Part shown: piece by piece, positions 59,917 through 64,000 of the stretch | How the letters are laid out: each line of letters opens with the position of its first letter | Position numbering within the stretch: position 1 is the first letter of the stretch | Origin: an uncultured Candidatus Saccharibacteria bacterium | Lineage (GTDB): Bacteria > Patescibacteriota > Doudnabacteria > UBA920 | DNA length: 64,000 bases | Direction: 5' to 3' | Assembly: GCA_964631145.1 (NCBI GenBank) | Contig: CAZVXT010000001.1 | Span: forward strand, 319,361-383,360 | Notes under the pieces: model-generated | The model's database searches: none | The model's input: only the letters and a program-made list of their open reading frames with translations | What the model was told of the DNA's origin: nothing | Made by a program: the position numbers and the translations under genes

Positions 59917-60477
59917 ATGGCCGAAAAGTCAGTACAATCTAATAAGCTCGTTAAGGCTCACGCAAGAAACCTTCGTATCTCTCCTCGCAAGCTTAGATTA
60001 TTAACAAATCTAGTAAAGCAAAAAAATGCTGAACAAGCATTAATGCAACTCCAATTTGCTAATAAAAAAGGCGCGGACATGGTTACTAAGTTGTTACAAT
60101 CTGCATTAGCCAATGCTCGTAATAACTTCTCTATGGATCCAGCCCGCATGTTCATTAAGTCTATTACTGCAGATATGGGTCCTGTGCTCAAAAGATCTTT
60201 TCCAAGAGCACGTGGTAGTGCATTCCTTATTCGTCGCAAGTTGTCTCATTTAAGCGTTGTCTTAGAAGAAGCAGCTTTGCCAAAGAAGTCTGTACCTGTT
60301 AAAAAAGCTGCAGCTAAAACTAAAGCAACTCCAGTAAAGACTAAAGAAGGTACAGTAGGTTTGCCAAAAGAGTCATCTAAGAAAATTACTCGAGGCAGCA
60401 AGGCTTCAGAAGTTCATCACGAAAATGAATCATCTAAGCGCGCGCAAGAAACTAGCAATCAGAATTTAGTAAAATAA
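59917..60477 (+). CDS. rplV: 50S ribosomal protein L22 with long basic C-terminal extension
   Basis: RISPRK, SALANA, PRARG. Confidence 0.98.
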   Translation: MAEKSVQSNKLVKAHARNLRISPRKLRLLTNLVKQKNAEQALMQLQFANKKGADMVTKLLQSALANARNNFSMDPARMFIKSITADMGPVLKRSFPRARGSAFLIRRKLSHLSVVLEEAALPKKSVPVKKAAAKTKATPVKTKEGTVGLPKESSKKITRGSKASEVHHENESSKRAQETSNQNLVK

Positions 60478-60493
60478 TTTTTATTAATTAATT

Positions 60494-61126
60494 ATGGGTC
60501 ATAAGATAAATCCAACATCATTAAGACTAAAAGTGACTGACACTTGGAAATCCAAATGGTTTTCCAAAGCAAACTATGCTGAGCAGTTAAAAGAAGATAT
60601 CAAGATTCGTTCTTATTTAGAACTTCATCTTCGCAAAGCAGGTTTAAGTCGCATTGACATCGAACGTCTAAACGACGGTGTGGTAACTATAGTAATTCAT
60701 ACCAGCAAGCCTGGTGTGATTAATAGAGGTACTGGTGTCGAAGAGCTTAAGAAGAGACTAAAAGATAAAGTCGGGATTCGCAAAGAAATTCGCGTAAGAG
60801 TTGAAGCTGTTGTAAACATGAATTTGTCAGCTCAAGTTATCGCTAATAATATTGCGGAACAAATCGAAAAGCGCGCTGCTTTTAGACGCTTAATGAAGCA
60901 AACATTAGAACAAGTTATGCAATCTGGCGCTAAAGGTGTAAAGGTTGCTATCGGTGGACGTTTGAATGGTGCAGAAATTGCTCGTACAGAACACTTGTCT
61001 GCTGGTAAAATTCCTCTTCATACCATTCGTGCAGATATCGACTTTGCTCGTTCTACTGCTCATACCACTTATGGAACTATTGGTATAAAAGTGTGGATTT
61101 ATCGCGGCGACATCTTTAAGAAATAA
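60494..61126 (+). CDS. rpsC: 30S ribosomal protein S3
   Basis: MGHKINP, GRLNGAEIAR, GIKVWIY. Confidence 0.99.
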   Translation: MGHKINPTSLRLKVTDTWKSKWFSKANYAEQLKEDIKIRSYLELHLRKAGLSRIDIERLNDGVVTIVIHTSKPGVINRGTGVEELKKRLKDKVGIRKEIRVRVEAVVNMNLSAQVIANNIAEQIEKRAAFRRLMKQTLEQVMQSGAKGVKVAIGGRLNGAEIARTEHLSAGKIPLHTIRADIDFARSTAHTTYGTIGIKVWIYRGDIFKK

Positions 61127-61248
61127 GTACTCTAATTTTGAAGAATTGCTTTGTTATTTTTTCAAAAGAATTGTCGTCGTAAAAAGTATTACGCCTCCAA
61201 TTCTTTTGAAAAAAATGCCTCGCACTTCATTCAAAATTAAAGCACTCA
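61124..61248. repeat. ERIC-like hairpin element, copy 4
   Basis: 125 bp; starts at the rpsC TAA; core gtcgtcgtaa..ttacgcctcc, flanks ctttgtt/gcctcg. Confidence 0.8.
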
Positions 61249-61345
61249 ATAATAGTCAGTTATATTATTTTTAACAAAGTTTTCCAACTGTATAAAAATA
61301 AATCATTCAAGACATATCGTTTTTTTATAGACAAAATTTTAAATT

Positions 61346-61753
61346 ATGTTAATTCCTAAGAAAGTAAAACACCGTAAACATCATCGCGGTAATAATAAAG
61401 GTAAAGCTACTTCTGGTAATTTTATTGCTTTTGGCTCATTTGCGCTTAAAGCGTTAGAAGGATCATTTGTAACTGCTCGCCAAATAGAATCTGCTCGCCG
61501 TGCGATGACTCGTAGTGTCCAACGCGGTGGTAAAATCTGGATCAGAGTATTTCCTGACAAGCCAGTTACAGATCACGGAAACGAATCTGTGATGGGTAGC
61601 GGTAAAGGTGCAGTTTCTCATTTCGTAGCTGTTGTAAAAAAAGGTCGCATCATGTTTGAAATGGACGGTGTTACCGAAGCTCAAGCTCGCGAAGCTATGA
61701 GACTAGCAGCTCATAAGTTACCAGTCAGAACTAAATTCCTGATCAAGGAATAA
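61346..61753 (+). CDS. rplP: 50S ribosomal protein L16
   Basis: [22 protein letters not shown]. Confidence 0.99.
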   Translation: MLIPKKVKHRKHHRGNNKGKATSGNFIAFGSFALKALEGSFVTARQIESARRAMTRSVQRGGKIWIRVFPDKPVTDHGNESVMGSGKGAVSHFVAVVKKGRIMFEMDGVTEAQAREAMRLAAHKLPVRTKFLIKE

Positions 61754-61788
61754 GGTTAAATCATTTATTTCCCAAGTTTATAATAAGT

Positions 61789-61971
61789 ATGAAATTTAAA
61801 GAACTTACAACTAAATCAGTTGATGAATTGAAGAAAGATCTTGCGGGTATGCAAGAAAAGCTTCAAAATCTCAAACTTAAGACCAAGCTTGGTCAAACTA
61901 AGAATGTACGCGAAGGTCGTCAATTAAAAAAGGACATCGCTAGAATATTAACTCATTTTAGAGCAAACTAA
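61789..61971 (+). CDS. rpmC: 50S ribosomal protein L29
   Basis: KKDIARILT; synteny. Confidence 0.96.
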   Translation: MKFKELTTKSVDELKKDLAGMQEKLQNLKLKTKLGQTKNVREGRQLKKDIARILTHFRAN

Positions 61972-62210
61972 TGTCAAGTATTAAACAACAATTAACCGGC
62001 ACAGTCGTATCTAACAAAATGGATAAAACTGTTGTTGTCAAAGTGGATATTCGCAAGCGTCATCCTAAGTATCATAAGAGTTATACTAAGTCATATAAGT
62101 ATAAGGCTCATGATGAAGAGAATGCTTATGAAATTGGCGATAAGGTTGTAATCGAAAGTACAAAACCTTTAAGTCGTGATAAGAATTTCACTGTAGTAAA
62201 GAAAGCTTAA
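61971..62210 (+). CDS. rpsQ: 30S ribosomal protein S17
   Basis: [22 protein letters not shown]. Confidence 0.98.
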   Translation: MSSIKQQLTGTVVSNKMDKTVVVKVDIRKRHPKYHKSYTKSYKYKAHDEENAYEIGDKVVIESTKPLSRDKNFTVVKKA

Positions 62211-62259
62211 CTTTATAATATTAATTTGTTATTCGTAACTATTTCTAATTGGTAAATCT

Positions 62260-62631
62260 ATGTTACAAGTTCGTTCATTAATCAAAATTGCAGACAATAC
62301 TGGTGCGAAGATCGTAAACGTTTTCTCTGTTAACGGAAAAAACGCACGCCGCTTTGCTCGCGTTGGAGATATTATTGCTGGATCTGTACGTCAAGTAAGT
62401 CCTGGCGGTAGTGTTAAAAAAGGTGATAAGGTATACGCTGTAATCGTTCGTACCAGAAAAGAAATTCGTCGCAGCGATGGTTCTTATATCCGCTTTGATG
62501 AAAACGCTGGTGTGTTAGTAGATAAAGAAAAAGGTGAACCTAAGGGAACCCGTATCTTTGGTCCGATTCCTCGTGAAGTACGTGATGCAGGATTTACTAA
62601 AATCGCTTCATTAGCACCAGAGGTAATTTAA
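62260..62631 (+). CDS. rplN: 50S ribosomal protein L14
   Basis: ADNTGA, GTRIFGP, SLAPEV. Confidence 0.99.
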   Translation: MLQVRSLIKIADNTGAKIVNVFSVNGKNARRFARVGDIIAGSVRQVSPGGSVKKGDKVYAVIVRTRKEIRRSDGSYIRFDENAGVLVDKEKGEPKGTRIFGPIPREVRDAGFTKIASLAPEVI

Positions 62632-62671
62632 TCCATTAAACAAGTTATAGTAACTATTTATTTTTATTAAA

Positions 62672-62995
62672 ATGTCACAGATCAAGTTTAAAATTAAGAA
62701 AGGCGATACCGTTAAGATTTTAGCAGGTAAAGACAAGGGTAAGACTGGTAAAGTTTTGCGCGTGTTAAAAGACGCTGGACGTGTTGTTGTAGAAGGTGTG
62801 AATATTCATACTAAATTCGTCAAAGCTCGTCGTGCTGGTCAACCAGGACAAAAAGTTACCTTACCAAGCGCTTTGCATGTCTCCAATGTAATGATTGTAG
62901 ATCCAAATTCTGGAAAGCCTTCACGTGTTGGTTACCAAATTCTTGATAACGGTGATAAACAACGTATTGCTAAGGCAAGTGGAAAGGCAATATAA
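62672..62995 (+). CDS. rplX: 50S ribosomal protein L24
   Basis: IKKGDTV..GKDKGK.G, HVSNV. Confidence 0.98.
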   Translation: MSQIKFKIKKGDTVKILAGKDKGKTGKVLRVLKDAGRVVVEGVNIHTKFVKARRAGQPGQKVTLPSALHVSNVMIVDPNSGKPSRVGYQILDNGDKQRIAKASGKAI

Positions 62996-62999
62996 GCAT

Positions 63000-63554
63000 A
63001 TGAACAGATTACAAGAACAATACAATAAATCAATTGCCTCACAGCTTAAAGAAAAATTTGGTTATAAGAATGTGATGGCTGTTCCTAAAGTAAAGTCTAT
63101 AACGCTTAATATCGGTGTTGGTAAGTACATAAAAGATGGACGCTATATGGAATCTATTAAAAAAGATTTAACAGCATTGGCTGGACAAGCTCCAGTAGAA
63201 ACCAAAGCTCGCCAATCTATTGCAGGTTTCAAAATTCGCGAAAACCAAGTAGTAGGATTTACAGTAACACTTCGCGGTAAGCGCATGTATGACTTCTTAG
63301 ACAAACTTATTTCTGTTGCATTTCCTAGAGTAAAAGACTTTAGAGGTGTATCAAAAAAAGGTTTTGATGGTCGCGGTAACTATAACTTAGGTCTTAAAGA
63401 ACATATTGTGTTCCCAGAAATTTCTAATGAAGCTTTGGAACACATCTTCGGACTTCAAGTTACTATTACTACAACTGCAGGTCAAGATGAACCTGCTTAC
63501 GAATTACTTAAAATGATGAACTTCCCTTTCAAGGAAGCGAAAGACAATAATTAA
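63000..63554 (+). CDS. rplE: 50S ribosomal protein L5
   Basis: Start refined to MNRL; [16 protein letters not shown]. Confidence 0.99.
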   Translation: MNRLQEQYNKSIASQLKEKFGYKNVMAVPKVKSITLNIGVGKYIKDGRYMESIKKDLTALAGQAPVETKARQSIAGFKIRENQVVGFTVTLRGKRMYDFLDKLISVAFPRVKDFRGVSKKGFDGRGNYNLGLKEHIVFPEISNEALEHIFGLQVTITTTAGQDEPAYELLKMMNFPFKEAKDNN

Positions 63555-63559
63555 TATTT

Positions 63560-63754
63560 ATGGCAAAGAAATCTTTAATCGCAAAAGCTAATAGAAGTTT
63601 AAAGAAACCTAAATTCTCAACTCGAGTAATTAGGCGCTGCTTTAAATGTGGTCGTAAAGCTGCTTATATGAGAGATTTTCATCTCTGCCGTATATGTTTT
63701 AGAGAGTTAGCTAGCCGTGGAGAAATCCCTGGTGTAGTTAAAGCCTCTTGGTAA
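63560..63754 (+). CDS. rpsN: 30S ribosomal protein S14 type Z
   Basis: [23 protein letters not shown]. Confidence 0.98.
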   Translation: MAKKSLIAKANRSLKKPKFSTRVIRRCFKCGRKAAYMRDFHLCRICFRELASRGEIPGVVKASW

Positions 63755-63783
63755 GTTTAAGCTAAAGTTATTTATTAATTACT

Positions 63784-64000
63784 ATGTACACAGATCCAAT
63801 TTCTGACATGTTAACTCGCATTCGCAATGCACTGGCTTCTCGAAAGCAAGAGCTAGTTTTGCCATACTCTAAGTTTAAGCACAACTTGGCTAACTTGCTT
63901 CTTTCAGAAGGTTTTATTAGCGGAGTAAACGAATTACCAGGTCGCTTCAAAACATTACAAATCAACCTTAAGTATTCTAGTGACGGCAGCCCTGCAATTA
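63784..64000 (+). CDS. rpsH: 30S ribosomal protein S8, partial (runs off the window)
   Basis: MYTDPISDMLTRIRNA..PYSKFK..EGFI. Confidence 0.97.
   Translation, partial: MYTDPISDMLTRIRNALASRKQELVLPYSKFKHNLANLLLSEGFISGVNELPGRFKTLQINLKYSSDGSPAI

Noticed and set aside
43671-63965. Antisense or alternate-frame ORFs over fusA, tuf, rplD, rplB, rplV, rplP and rpsH (e.g. 43671-44126, 52372-52716, 52689-53117, 63768-63965)
   Set aside because: Shadow ORFs expected from codon bias of highly expressed genes; no independent start signals or protein motifs.

Overview
AT-rich bacterial chromosome segment in genetic code 11, with most genes on the + strand. The gene content (dimeric GlyRS, compact aaRSs, Zn-type S14/L28, dense ORFans) suggests a Patescibacteria/CPR organism; this is an inference. 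Core content: rpsO-pnp, tgt, glyQS, M24/M16/M50 peptidases, nfo, metG-tatD-HD-leuS, glyA, uppP, tRNA-Leu(CAA), parB, dut, rpmB, a str operon split by inserted genes (rpsL-rpsG / fusA / tuf) and the S10-spc ribosomal protein cluster up to rpsH. The most notable signals are: (1) two kinds of translation start, with many housekeeping genes (including fusA) having a -10 box 6-11 nt before the ATG and no SD, while more than 20 interspersed ORFan cassettes carry a GGAGG-type SD, usually with their own sigma70-like promoter and terminator, and several occur as divergent tandem paralog pairs (Sm/Hfq-like, SPFH-like, 4-TM and others); (2) four ~120-128 bp ERIC-like hairpin elements, each beginning exactly at the stop codon of a ribosomal protein gene, one with its core inverted; (3) an EF-G with non-canonical nucleotide-specificity motifs (NKIN, GGDGRG); (4) a TspO-crtI-crtB-crtE-lycopene elongase (C50 carotenoid) operon; (5) several candidate structured RNAs. 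I found no CRISPR array, integrase or transposase.
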